In this document: positions 1 through 19,480 of the stretch, piece by piece | Position numbering within the stretch: the first letter of the stretch is position 1 | Layout of the letters: each line of letters begins with the position of its first letter | Source of the DNA: Vicugna vicugna | Taxonomy: Eukaryota | Assembly (NCBI GenBank): GCA_013265495.1 | Contig: MU058687.1 | Span: 1,178,001 to 1,242,000, forward strand | Reading direction: 5' to 3' | DNA length: 64,000 nucleotides | The notes under the pieces: generated by a model | What the model was told of the DNA's origin: nothing | The model's input: only the letters and a program-made list of their open reading frames with translations | Databases searched by the model: none | Made by a program: the position numbers and the translations under genes

Positions 1-619
1 GGGTGGTGTGCCATCCTTGTGGTGAGGGGCCATGTTGGGGCACCAGGAGGCCCTGGGATTGACACTTCCACCTGAATGACACATGCGATGAGGAGGGGCA
101 GTTCCCAAAGGAAAGGGGGTGCAGGGCAGACAAAAACAACAGGTGTCCACTACAATAGCACTTGTTCTCAGGTTGCGTAGAGACATGACTTATCCACCAA
201 AACAATCAGGGAAGGATAAAAACAGTAGTGCATTTACATGCCCAAGCATTGAGTCAAAGCCCTTCAGGAAAAGGAAGTGATATGATGGAGATTCTTTAGA
301 ACTGAAAGAGAAAGACACAAATATTTTGGTTGGCTTCCCGCCTCCAAGTTGAGAATCATCATCATACTCACCTTACTCTCCAAATTAAGTTTGGAAACTG
401 TTATTATGCAGATAATTAGTCAGAATGTTTGAAATTGGGATACTTTGGAAAAATCTGGAAGATTTGATCAATTTACTCCTGCTTGAGAGAATGGGCCTGA
501 TGAAGGATTCTTCTTTTTCTTACAAATAACTTTTCTTTCTGACTATAAATGAGATATGTTTCTTGTAGAAATCTTGGAAAATACAGAACAGCACACAAAT
601 GAAAATAAAAATCACTCTT

Positions 620-1060
620 GTATCTGTTAGGATCAGGTGTGACTGCAAGTGATAGAAATCCCAAGGTAACAGCTTAAACGAAACTGAAGTTTGCTTTGCT
701 CTTAGCTACATGAAGTCCAAAAGCCCGGTCTGGCATGGGAGTTCTGCTCCACAAAGGCCTCAGGACACCGAGGCTCCTTCTAGCTCCCTGCTCTGCCATT
801 CCTGCAGTGAGGCCTGCATCCTCATCATCTAAGCCGGCAGAAGAGAAAGGCAGCAAGAAAGAGAAAAGGACAAAGAGGCTAAGGACCCACGTCAGCTATC
901 TGGTAGGGAAGGTTCTCAGAAATAGCAACACAGCACATCCACATCATTGCATTGGGAAGAATGTAGTCACCTGGCCATATCAACCTGCTGGGGAGACTGG
1001 GAAATGTAGTCTTTTTTTCTAGGTGGCTATTTGCCCAGATAAAACTCTACTACTATAAAA
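620..1060. mobile_element. Old MaLR (MLT1J/K-like) LTR
   Basis: ctgcaagtgatagaaatccc...gcttaaac and gggagactgggaaatgtagtcttt motifs; boundaries approximate. Confidence 0.6.
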
Positions 1061-1440
1061 TAATGGCTTTTGAGGCAATCAAGGGTCTCTGATAAACCTG
1101 TAATCATGCCACCCAGAGATAACTACTATTAATATCTTGGTATATGTCATTTATACAGACACAAACACACACATACACCTATATATAGACAGATAGATAG
1201 AGATACATGAAGATATATATAAAGGTATATGGTGTGTGTATAAGCGTGTGTATATGTTTATATATATATTACATATGAATAACATATAAATATTTTAAAT
1301 GAAATTGAGATCCCACCAAATATACTATTTTTATCCTGCTTTTTTGAAAAACTGCAGATCGTAAAGTCTCTTTTATTACCTGTTTTAGTATTGAGTCATT
1401 TAACAATCCTAGTTAGAATAGTGTAATGCTTTATGATTCT

Positions 1441-1588
1441 CTCTTTTTTTCTCTTTTTTTTTTTGGTGGGGGGAGGTAACTAGGTTTATTTATTTAATTT
1501 GTTTTTTAAGTGGAGGTAGTGGGGATTGAACCTAGGACCTTGTGTATGCTAAGCATGCGCTCTACCACTTGAGCTATACCCTCCCTCC
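1441..1588 (-). mobile_element. tRNA-derived SINE (camelid Vic-1-like)
   Basis: Reverse complement gggagggtatagctcaagtggtagagcgc...ggttcaatcccc with A/B boxes; TSD ctttatgatt. Confidence 0.85.
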
Positions 1589-1654
1589 CTTTATGATTTT
1601 CTTTTAAAGAGATATTTTTATTTTATAAATCCTGGCTTATGGAAGTTTTTGTTT

Positions 1655-2360
1655 ATTTATTTTGAAGTAATTGTAGATTCACAGGAGATGAAAGGAATAC
1701 ATCCAAGGCCCATGCATCCTTCTCCCTGCTTCCTCCAGTAGTAACATCTTATACAACTACAGTGCAGTATCAAAACCAAAATACTGACACTGGTACAATT
1801 CATAGAGCTTATTTAGAATTCACCAGTTATACACAGATTCATGTGTAGCCTTGCCATAATCAAGAAACTCAACATTACTATCCTTTGTGTCACTCGTTTA
1901 TAGCCACATTCATCCCACTCCCACCCATCCCTAACTCCTGGCAACCACAAATCCATTTCTTATCTCCATAATTATGTTACTTCATGAATATTACATAAAC
2001 GGAATTAGGCAGTATGTATGCTTTTGAGATTGTCTTTTTTCACTCAGTGTAATTTCCTTGAGGTTCACCTACATTGTGAACATCACATCACAATAGTTTT
2101 GTCCTTTTTATTGCTGAGCCCTATTCTATGGTATGGATGTACCGCAGCTTGTTTAACCAATCATTTGGGTATTTTCCAGTTTGGGGCTTATTACTAAGAA
2201 AGCTGCTATGAACATTCATGTACAAGTCTATTTGGACATATATGCTTATATATTCTCTGGGGTAAATGACCAAGAGTGCAATTGCTGGACTGTATTATAA
2301 ATCCATTTTCAGTTTTGAAAGGAACTGCCACACTATTTTCCAGAGTGGCTGTATGTGACC
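1655..2360 (-). mobile_element. Old LINE-1 3' fragment
   Basis: Antisense L1M motifs (ctgctatgaacattcatgtacaagt, ggaactgccacactattttccagagtggctgta); boundaries approximate. Confidence 0.75.
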
Positions 2361-3829
2361 CGCTTTTTAAACTTAACAATACGTTGTCAACAATTCTCCT
2401 TATCATGAAGAAATTCCTACATCATTAAATAGCCTACTAAAACATGATATTTCATTATATGGCTGTACTATAATTTCTAAACAATTTGCAAATTTTGATT
2501 ATTTAGGAATATTTCTTATTTTTGTGTAATAAATAATGAAGTGAAAAATATTGTGGATAAATCTTTGTGCCTATTTTGGATTATTTTCTTAGGATAAATT
2601 TCTAGACATAGACATGCTGGTTTAAAGGGTATGAATGAACATTTTAAAGTCTTTTGCTTTTTTTTTCTCAAATTGTCCTACTAAAGGTTTCAATTTACAA
2701 TCACATAGCAATAGATGAGAATTGGGAAAAGTTTCTGAAAACACTAATATTTCAACAAAACTAATTCAATTCAAAGTCAAATAGTTGGTATACATAATGT
2801 ATAAATAGATCTTATATGTCAACTTGAAAAAAATAAATATCCAATATCAAGATGCTTTGGGCTGCAAGTGACAGAAATTTCCAATTAAAACAATAAAGAA
2901 ATAAATAAATTTCTAATATAAACAATAAAGAAATTTATCACTCCATATAATAAGAAGTCTAAAGGTAGGGCAACTTCTGAATTTATTGATTTCACTCACA
3001 CAACTTTAAAAAAAGGCACCACAGTACAAAAAATAATGATGCAGGCTCTGAAGCTAGATTGTTGGGTTTATATCCCACCCCTTCCACTTATTTAGTGTAC
3101 GACATTGAACAAGCTACTTATCCTATTTATGCCTTAGTTTCCTCTCTTGAAAATGGTTATATTAATAGTATCTATCTCATAGAATTATTTTATGGATGAA
3201 AATAGTTAATACCCATCAAGTAAAATACCCATCAAGTGTTGATATTATCAAGAGCCTAGGTTCTCTCTGTTTTTCTGTCCTGAAATCCTCAGCATGTTAA
3301 CATTATCCTCAGTCTTGAGATCTCATGGTCACAAGACAGCTACAGTAACTCTAGGAATCATATCTAAGAAGGCCAGAAATATAAGCGACTAAGCAGTCTT
3401 CTCTGTTTCTTTCTTAAGAACAGACAAATCTTTCCAAGAAGTCCCAAACAGATTTCCCTCATATCTCACTGGTAGAAAATGAATTACCTGACACAAATCC
3501 GTAAAAAAAGGAGAACAGAATTACCATGGATCAACCAGGATTTACTCATAAGCTAAAATCACCTTCTCTGTGGGTAGAAACCAAACAAAATCAGTTCTTT
3601 TTAACAAGGAAGAAGGGAAAAATGGAATTGAATGGACAATCAGAATGTCTGCCATACCTCATATTAGAAAAATGGGCAAACCACATGCATCAGCAACTCA
3701 TAAGAGAGCAAATGCAAATGATAAATAAAACATGAAAAAATGCTCATCTTGATTAACGAAATGAAAATTAAAAGGAGTTTCTATATTTCCTCTTATCAAT
3801 CTGGCAATGATAAAATGAAAAATAATCAT

Positions 3830-5450
3830 CTACAATAGCAACACACATATAAGGTGCCTAGGATTAATTTTATACACAAGATATGCAAGACCTATATGGA
3901 GAAAATCATAAAATTTTTACTGAATGACATTAAAAAAGACCTAAACAAATGGAGATACATACCATGTTCACAAATAGTAAGACTTAGTATCTTAAAGATG
4001 TTAATTGTCCTCAAATTGATTTATAGATTTAAAGCAATGCCAATCAAAATCTCAATAGAGTGGGGGTTTTTTTTGAAAAATAGACTATTTCTAAAATATA
4101 TATGAAAGATCAAAGGCCCAAAACTAGTCAAGACACTCTCAAAGAAAGACATATGTAAGGGAATTTTTCTTACCAGATAGCAAGACTTGAAAAAATAAGA
4201 CAACAGTAATTAAAATAATATAATATTGGTTAAGGGATAAGCAAATTTAGCAATGGAACAAAATAGAGGGTCCTCAGATTCACACAATATAGAAACTTCA
4301 CATACTACAGTGGGAGTACTGAAAATCACTGGAGAAAGAATGGAAAAAGAAAATAAAGTTTGATTCCTACTCCTCACCCTTCATAGAAAGTAATTCCAAA
4401 TTATGTGTAAAGGTGAATTTTTTAATTATTCAGAAGAAAATACAGGAAATTGTCTTTATTCCCTTAGATTAGGGAATGATTTTCTAAATAAAACACAAAA
4501 AAATTAACTATAAAAGACAAGGTTGATACATTTAATCATTTTAAAATCAAGAACACTGTTCAAAGACATCGCAAAGTGAATAAAAAGATAAGCCATAAGC
4601 TATGAAAAAATTAGCATGCATATTATATAAAGAACGCCTATAAATCTATTAGAAAAAGATTTTAAAAATAAAAAGAAAGTAGCTAAAAAGACACAAACCC
4701 AGATTACTTCACAAAGGAGAAAAAAACACCTGACCAACAAACACTTGAAAAAAGGAAATGAGTCACCTCATTAGTAATCAGGAAAATAAATTAAGATTCC
4801 AATGATACATTCATTTATATTCACCTGATCTACCCCCCCCAAAAAAGTTGATAATATCAAGTGTTGGTAAGAAGGTAGATCAACTAAAACTCTTTAAGCC
4901 CAACTGGAGAGAGCATACAAGGATTCAACCACTTTGGAAAACTAGCACTATTTGTAAAGTTGAATATTCACATAGCCTATGACCCAGCTGTTCTACTTGT
5001 AGGTATGCCAAAATATACACAAGAATATTTATAGTTTATGTTCTCCCACCCTCAAAAAAGATTGGAAACAATCCAAATATCTGTTGAAGGAAAGAGAATA
5101 CATAAATTGTGGTATAGTCACATGATGGAACATTACGCAGCAGTGCAAACAAGAGGACTATAGATAATGTAAAAACATGGATGAATTTTAGGCATGTCAT
5201 ACTGAGTAAAAAAAGCAACTTGTAGAAGATTACATTATAATATCATTTGTAAAAAAAAACCAAAACAAGCAAAAATAAACAATATATTGTTTAGGGATTA
5301 TAAATATATAATAAATTTTTTAATAAAGTAAAGGAGTATCAATCAAAACTTACTTTAGTGGTTATCCTTGAGTATAGTAGAAGGCCGGGAAATGGGGTAG
5401 AAGAGCACACTGACATGATGTTACTGGCAGTATTCTAGGTTTTTTTTTTT
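3830..5450 (+). mobile_element. Old LINE-1 ORF2/3'UTR
   Basis: ORF-track peptide DIKKDLNKWRYIPCS..LIYRFKAMPIKI is L1 ORF2; boundaries approximate. Confidence 0.8.
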
Positions 5451-6019
5451 AATGTCACATGTGTATTGATTTTTTAATATTGTGGTAAAATACACGTAAT
5501 ATAAAGTTTACTATTTTGACCCTTTTTAAATGTGCAGTTCAGAGGCATCAAATGCATTTACATTGTTGTACAGTACAAATGCACATCCATCATCAACCAT
5601 CCATTTCTAGAATGCTTTTCATCTTATAAAACTGAAACTGTCATTAAACAATAACTAACCCTTCCCTCCAGCCTCTGACAACCGCCATTCTACTTTCTGT
5701 GTCTATGAATTTGAGATTTTTTAAGTTGACAGATGGGTTCATGGGTGTTTATTTCATTGTCATGTTTCATAACTTGCATGTATATATTATATACACACAA
5801 CACATACATAATTTCGTATGTATAAAGCAGTACATATTGGCTTTATTACCTGGAAAAATAATGACAGTATTCCAAAAATGGCCAGAACATGGTAGGTGCT
5901 AGTAAGCATGTAAATTAAAACAACTTTTAAGACATTTTAAACTTAACACACAGTAAAAGTGAAAAATATTTTATGGCTTTGGGGAGCTATTTGTTTTCAA
6001 TTTTGGTTTCTTATTATTC

Positions 6020-6660
6020 ATTGACAGTATGTAGAAATATGATTGATTTTTGTGTGTTGACCCTGTATTCTTGCTAAACTCACTTATTCTAGGAGGTTTT
6101 TTGTTATTATTGATTCTCTGGGATTTTCTATGTAGACAATGATGTTTTCTTTGAATAGGGACAGTTTTCTTTCCTTCCAGTCTGTTTTTAAACTTTTTTT
6201 TTTCTTGTCTTATTACACTGACTAGATATTTGAGTATGATGTTAAATAGGAGTGGTCCTTGGCTTGTTCCTGATCTTAGAGAGAAAAGCAGTCCTTCACG
6301 ATAAAGTATGATGTTAGGTGTTCTTTATCACACTGAAAAAGTTCCCTTCTATTCCTAGTTTTCTGAGTTTTTGGGGTTTTTTAATACAATTTCTGTGGAA
6401 TTTTGTCAAATGCTTCTTGCTTCAATTGATATGTTCATGTGGTTTTACTTAGATTGTTAATATGGTTTCTCAAATTGATTGATTTTCAAATACTGAAACA
6501 GCTTTGCATTCCAGGTTTAAATTCTACCTGATAATTATGTATCAATCTTTCATGTATTGTTGGATTTGGTTTGCTAATCATTTGTTGTAGATTTTTGCAC
6601 CTGCATTCATGAAGGACATTGGTCTGTAATTTCCTTTTCTTGTACTGTATTTGTCTGATT
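6020..6660 (-). mobile_element. LINE-1 ORF2 (RT region) fragment
   Basis: Antisense L1 motifs ttttgtcaaatgcttc and agttcccttctattcctagttt. Confidence 0.75.
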
Positions 6661-7687
6661 GTAGTATTGACATATCTTTTTGGAGGGCAATTTGTTACCT
6701 GTAACAAAAGTCTTAGAAATGAGTGTGCGCAAAGATTCCACTTCTAATTTATCTTAAATAATAAGAGATTTTCAATACACACAGACTTTAGGTTCAAATA
6801 CACCTGGATTTAAATGTGAACACATCCCCTTACTAACTGCTTCAATTCTGTAGCTGTTTCCTAATCTGTAAAATGAGGATAAGAGGACCTACCTCTCAGA
6901 GTTGCATTAGATGAGACAATTCACGCACAGCGCCAAACATCTAGTAAACTTTAAGTAAATGGTTCAGCCTCTGTAGTCTGTCCAGATGGAAGGATATCAT
7001 CTTTGCTCCCATATTAGCTCCCAATTCAAACTTCCTTTTTGGTGGGTATTCAGTCTCCTCATCCCTGATTCCTCTTACAGAAGGCGTGCTGGACGTTAGG
7101 AATGCAAACGCAAAAAAAGATACCGCCCCTGCCCTCAGGCAGCGGAATCTATTAGAGACACAGGCGCAAACTAACCAGTATCATGCAACATAACAATATA
7201 GGTGGTGGGCGGAGGTCTGCCCAAGGGGCGGCAGGCCCTGGACTCGCACTCTGAGCGTCTGTGTCAGGAGGCTGGGCGGTCACCGGAGCTGAAGAGCCGG
7301 AAAAGAGGGCGGCAACCTCTCCAGTGTAGCCTCGGGTTACAGTGGGGGAGGCACAGACAAGCTGTTTCCACAGCAACGGGGCTAGCCACCCTCTTGAGAC
7401 CTCACGAGTCAGCTTTTTTCAGCGTCTGAGAAGGCAGGAAAGGCTTCCGGCCCTCCTGCCGCGGAGGCGCGCGGATGCCCGGCTGTGACTGAACCGCTAG
7501 AGCTCCAAGTCTCTGATTGGCTCAGGCAGGTGGAGGGGGCGGGAGGAGGCAGCGAGGGGCGTGACCCTGCCGTCTCCCGAATTGGAGTTTTATATCGGAG
7601 AGCGGAAGCCGGCCTCTCCTGCCCCGGAAGTGCAAGCCCTGAGGTCGTGCAGGTGTGGATTCCGCCGGGAAGGCGGCTTCTTTCGAG

Positions 7688-13414
<5,727 letters not shown>

Positions 13415-13774
13415 CCACCACCCATCCTAAGCAGGAGCTGCTTAGGCAAACAGAACGGAGAGAAGACTTCAGTGCTATGGCCGAAACGCATCTTCTTTGT
13501 AATGGGGACGTGAACTGGAGTTAGCCCATGAAAACCTGAAACTGTTTACTGCCACTTGAGTCCTCCCATAACAAGGATGCACATCCAGGAATGTTTTTTG
13601 CTTTTTGGGTCTTAACAGAGCATCCGTGCTTGATCTGTTGTTTTGGGGCCTCTTAGTCATTATGGGTGTCTGTTTCAGGAACTTAAATTTTCTGGTTCAG
13701 TGGTGTGTTCAACATACCACTGAAGACCTGTTTTTGCTCAGAAATAACTACCGCACCTTTTCCGAAGCTGTGCC

Positions 13775-13780
13775 AATAAA
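13775..13780 (+). terminator. EIF2B2 polyadenylation signal
   Basis: AATAAA about 360 nt after the stop, followed by GT/T-rich downstream sequence (gttagtttgtttattgtt). Confidence 0.75.
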
Positions 13781-16224
13781 AGCTGCTCGAAGGTTCCTGG
13801 GTTAGTTTGTTTATTGTTCTGCTCTGACTGAACTGCCTGAAATGGCAGCAGCAGAGTCCTTTGGTGTTTTCATGGAGGGCAGTAATTAGAGGTAACAGCC
13901 GAAGACAAAAATGCAGATGAAAGTATTTACAGTTTCCTTTCTAATTCACTGGAAGTGGTCCCAAACAACTTATTAATAATCTAAGACAGTGCTTCCAAAA
14001 TCACTGATCATCCAAATCATCTGGGAGCTTAAAAAAATACTGTCTTGGGCTCCATCCCAGACCTACAGCATCTAATCTCTGGGAAGGCACCTCAGAATCT
14101 GTTTAAAGCACCCCAGAAAAGAACCCACTCATGTACTGTGAATAGGATTGTAAATTCATGCAGCCTTTTCCAGGGCAGTTTTGAACTTGCACTTCTAGAA
14201 GTATTTTTCCAAGCACATGAAGACACAGACAAGAATGTCCACTGTAGCAGCTGTAATGTCACAGCCTAAGTGTCCAGCAACATAGCGTTTTGTGTTCTGT
14301 TAAAAACTAGAAAAGGTTTTAAATAAGTATGATGTATGGTGGAACATTATGTATACACTGCAACAGAGGTTTCCAAAGGTGGCTTGAGGGCAGTGTGTCT
14401 GGATTGAAGACATTTTGGCTGGTTCATCTAGTATTTAATTTGAATTAGTTACCAACATTTAAAAATCTGGAGATTGCACATTAAACAAATTCACATTTCT
14501 TGCTTCTCTTGAAAACTTGGAAAATTTGGTGACTCTGAGCCCACATTCCCAAATGGCAGCAGTTGGCTCTAGTTGGATAGCTTTTAATTCCATTATGTGG
14601 AAAACCTCCAGTTTTCTTCAGTTCTGCTGAGGTCCATGGAACTCATTTATGTTGTCTGCCTAACCCTTGTAGGCATCTGAGTTGTGCCCCTTGTGTTAAT
14701 GAACGGATAGGGTTGTAAGCAAGTCTACTTTATATTTTCTTAACCAAAAACCAAGCTGCAGAACAATATGCATGATATGACCCTTACTTCATTAAAACCA
14801 AACAAAATATGTGCATGCATAGGATAAAAGTGGAAGAACACCACCAAACAGTGGCAAGCAGGAGGACTTCTAATTTTATTTAGTGTGTTTGTATATTGTT
14901 TCCATTTTTTACAATGGGTACTACTTTAGTAATTATGTTTTCAAAAAGTCTCCCCAGGTAGTCCAGATGATCTGGCATGTTTGGGAAGTCTGGTCCAAAG
15001 CAGATGTCCAAGGCGGACCCAAGTGTGTAGGGGAATCCTCTGGGATGTCATCGCAAAGTTGGCTGCCTCCTGCACCTGTGTCTCTGAGGTAGTGGGAGGA
15101 AGCAGTAGGAATCTGCACGTTTAACAAGCATCCAAAGGGATTTTAACAGGTGATTTGGTAAACTGTTTTTACCAAATATGTTTTGGTAAGCACTGGCCAG
15201 AGCTGGGTTATGAGGGAAAGGCCTCTATTCTCTGATACGTACATGACATGGACAGATCTTTGCTGAAGACTCTTGCCTTCCCTGATCGGGGCAGCGGGGC
15301 GGGGGTAGAGGGTGGGGAATAAGACTGACCTAAAAACTCTGACTCAAGAAGAGCCTGACTCACTCAGGTCTCCATCTGTCAATTATTTCTTAAGGCATCC
15401 AAGACCGCAAGCCTTCTTAAGTGGCTTAAGCTACCAATTTCGAGAGTTTCCTCCTCTGAAGGCACCAATTCTAACAGCAGTTCACTTGGGTACAGTCGTG
15501 GTCTGGAGTAAGAGCAGCAGTGAGTCCAGGATCTTAAATCTGTTTCTGTCTCCAGAAATGCTTTATGATACTTGTCCTTTGTGCATTTTAGTCTCTGGGT
15601 TTAAAATTAGTATCAACATCCTTCCCAGGCTTAACAGATGGACGAAGGTTACGAGAGCAGAGGCTCTTTCTCTGGTCAACTCACAGTGTCTAAAACAGAA
15701 CTGCACAAATGCATATTCTTTAGAATCTTTAGGACCTCAATCAAGTAAATCCCACAAATGCCTAGTTTTTCTATTTATATGCCTCGTTTTTCTATTTCCC
15801 TCTCTCCCTTTTCCTATTTGAGGAGGAGTAAATATTGGAAAGGAAGAACCTGATCTGATCAGGGAGAAGCTGAGGAGTTTGTGTCAATTTACTACCTATC
15901 AGCCTTTGGGTTGCCTCCCACCCCTGCCTTTGCAGGAGAACCCAGAAGCTCATTAAAAAAACTGTTGTAGCTTGGAGAGAATTAAAAGAGGATTCCATGG
16001 ATATGAAAGTCTTGCTGAATATGCTAAATAAACCAAGTTAGATCACTTACTCAATACAGTTTGTAAAGACACTTTTTCCCACGGTTTATATCTTTGAGTT
16101 TGGACGGAGGGCAGGAAAGGCACAGTTCTTGGAACTCAAATAAGGAACAGGAATTCCTAATTTAGCCTCATAAGAGAAGTCTCTGAAAAATAGTCTACCA
16201 AGAAAAACTTAAGTGTAAAGTGAT

Positions 16225-16614
16225 ACCTCAGAGAAAGAAGTCCTGGTACTCCTAAGATCACAAGTTTCACAGATGTGCTTCAAAACCTACTCCCCCGTCA
16301 GCAAGGACACCTGCTCAACAAGAGCAACATTCTCCTAACATCAGCAAGACAACTCTTTAAAAGATAACATTCCTTCTTGATCTTGTAAGGGGTCACATGA
16401 CCTGCCAGGATGATGCTTAGATCTGGATTATGTAAACTGTCAATTATACATCATTTGATGAACGGCCCTTTGTGTCCTATAGCTGTGTCATGTAATTGTC
16501 TTGATTCCTAACTGGTGGAACAGTTCTCAGAGCTTTCTGAAATGCTCTTCCTGTGTTATAATCCTCAAATTTGGCTTGAATAAAATTTTCCATTTCTTTC
16601 TTAAAAAAAAAAAA
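16225..16614 (+). mobile_element. ERV LTR U3-R fragment ending in poly(A)
   Basis: aagataacattccttcttgatcttgtaagggg and ataatcctcaaatttggcttgAATAAAattttccatttctttctt then A12; 5' boundary uncertain. Confidence 0.65.
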
Positions 16615-19480
16615 TGAAGGCTGCCTGTCACACCGTTCCACCGTGGAGCGCCATGACTCTGTAACACCACATACGTAGAACTCAGTACATCAGAACTGTT
16701 TTGCTGTAAGATAGTACCAGATGGTGATGTGATTACTGTAAAGACCACATACCTTCCACCTGTTCTCCCAAAAACTCCCTCTGCAGACACACACCTAGTT
16801 AACACAAAGGAGGTATTTTGAAATGTGATTTGGAAGTGTTTTTATATCTGGCCTACTTTGCTTTGAATTATTCTTTCATCCATCAAACAGCTGTGCAATG
16901 GCTAACCAATTACCATTAATAAAGAGCTATAATCTAAGCTTTCAGTCTTAACGCGTAACGGAGGGCTGCCTTGAAGCCTAACCACACTTGAACTGCTCGC
17001 CTGATGTTTATATTAAATACTGTGCTTAGGAGGAGGAGCCTTTCAGTGGTGTTTTTACAGGCAAGACTAGTGACATTTAGAATTAAGGCCTGCCTCGAGA
17101 AGGAAGCTACTTAAAAACTTGATGAGATTCCCAAGATCCATAATTTATATGTAAAATTCTACAATTAACTACCATAAAAGAGAGGTGATGAAGTACTTAA
17201 GTAATGATAAACTAATAGCTAATAGCAGTAGCTAACTCTAAGCTACATTAAAAACTTTTTTTTAAAGCATGATTGGACGCACCTTGCTTTTGAAGTAAAT
17301 AAGAGCAAGTTGTTTAGTCAGGCAAGTTGTACAGATAAAATCCGGCCGAATCTTGCTTCTTCACACCACTACTTGAGTCGTGGTAGCTTAGTGGCTCGAT
17401 AGATTCCAACGTGTAAGACACTCAGATTCCCACAGGCTTTGATCGAGTTGCCTGAACTTTATCGTGCGTGTCTGGGTAATACTGAGTGCTCTGTGACACA
17501 TGGGCATGGGGTGAAAATGATCCAAGGGCTTGAAAAATCCTAAGCCACAGGATAACTTCTTTTTTCTTTACATCCTCCTACAATTTCTGCTGCAATACGT
17601 TTAGAAAGGACTCACTCAGTGTTACCGAGTGATAATAAATGAATAAATGGAGGCATAGAAGGAAGGAAGGGTTTATTTGGTGCAGATTATCCAGATTTTT
17701 GGTTTCCCAGGCCTCCTTCTTTTGTCTTCTGAGCCCACCTTTTTGCCATCTCACTGTTGAGGAGCCACTTCGGCGGTGAAGGGGTGAAAATAGGCACGGT
17801 ATTCAGTGGCACACACACCAGTCAGTTCTCATTGGTAGCCAGCTTTTGGAAAGGGTTTTGAAGGAATGAGGTGCACTTCAGTGGAAAACAGGGCAAGAGA
17901 GTCAGGTTCTTTGTGCCGGAAACTGCCCCTCCCTCCTTTCAGGTGTGCGGTCAGTGGCTCCCACCTGAAGCTTCAGCTGAGCCTGGTTGTCATTGCTGTC
18001 TGGGGACTGATAGGCTGTCTGTTCTCACTTGACTTGGCTCCCTCAGCCCCTACATATTGGCCTCAGGCCCTCTCCTACTCTGCTTGTTTTCGATGCCTTG
18101 TTCTTTTCACTGTTAGGCCCAGATCCCAGCTGTTCACTTCTGTCTGACTTCTGCCTTGCTCTGATGTCTGATTGCTAGACCCTCTCCATTCTCAGCTACT
18201 CATGGAGTACCAGATCCACGGCTAGGACCTGGACCTTGCCCTAGTCCCCTCCCCGGCCTCTCCTTTCCTTCTGGCCTACACTCTGTTTTGCCTTAAGCTT
18301 TTCTGATCCTAGCTCCTATTGCATCTATAGTCTTAATTCTGATAGTAGAATTACCTTCTTTTATTTCAGTAATAAAGACTTAGCTGTAACTCAATGATCT
18401 CTAACCTAGAGGAAGTTACCAGAATCTATCATCAGTTTCCTTATATCTCTCCCCAACTGAAGCTAAGCTCTTTGAAGGTATGCACCTTTATTTCTCAATA
18501 AAGTTCTGAGAAATGTTACTGTTAAAGGAATTCTCAAGAATGGCTTCATTGCACATCTCATCTCTCAAGTTACACTCTGAAGTTAACGAAGCCTCTACCA
18601 ACCAGAATCAAAGAAAGTTAAGCAACTGAGTTTACAAATGGGTAAATCTGTAATAAATTAAAAATATATACAGCAGTGTAGGGTAGTAACGGGAAGGAGG
18701 GTGCAATGTGAAGTCACACAGGCCTGGGTCTGAATTCTGGCTCTTAGCAAACCAGTTAACATCTCTGAGGCTTAGTAGTCTCATTGCAAGAGAGCTACTA
18801 GCTTCCTAAGAGAACTGTTGTAAGGCTTAGAAATAATGTATATACAAAGCATTTGATGTATAATGCCCTCAATAAATGGTAATTATTATTCTTGTTCTTG
18901 CAGCCAGAAAACTTGGATACCACTCTCTGCTTTACTTCATAGCTGTGTGATCTTAGACAAGTCTCTTAATATTTTTCAGCCTTAGTTTCCCACTTTGTAA
19001 AACAGGGAAAATATATAAGAATATCTCCTCATGGGTTGCCAAGAAATTCAAATATGGTAGGAAAAATTATTTGTAAACTTTAAAACACCACATAAGTGTT
19101 AATGATTACCATCAAGTGTTGAAAAACTAAATCTGTCTTTTCTCTTATGGCACCTGAGTTAAAAAACAAAACAGAACAAAACAAAATCCTAACAGGTAAT
19201 AAAAGTAATGTTAGATATTTGTGGCTAACTGGTTGGTTTTAGGCTGATGCATGCTACTGAGTTTATAAATTATTAAGATAGGATAATTCTCAGGGTGGGT
19301 GGGGAAGATAGGATAATTCTATCTTGCATTGCTAAAATCAGGATGGCCAGGAAGATTGGTTACACGATTTTTGAAGAACTTTTCCTAATCCTCTGCTCTG
19401 AGACACAGGGGTTTGGGATTATAGCAAAACCTTGTGAAATCACACCCCATCATCTTAATAGAAGAGGTATCATAACACTT

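Noticed and set aside
15312..15821. 169-aa ORF downstream of EIF2B2
   Set aside because: GTG start, no recognisable domain, composition like non-coding DNA
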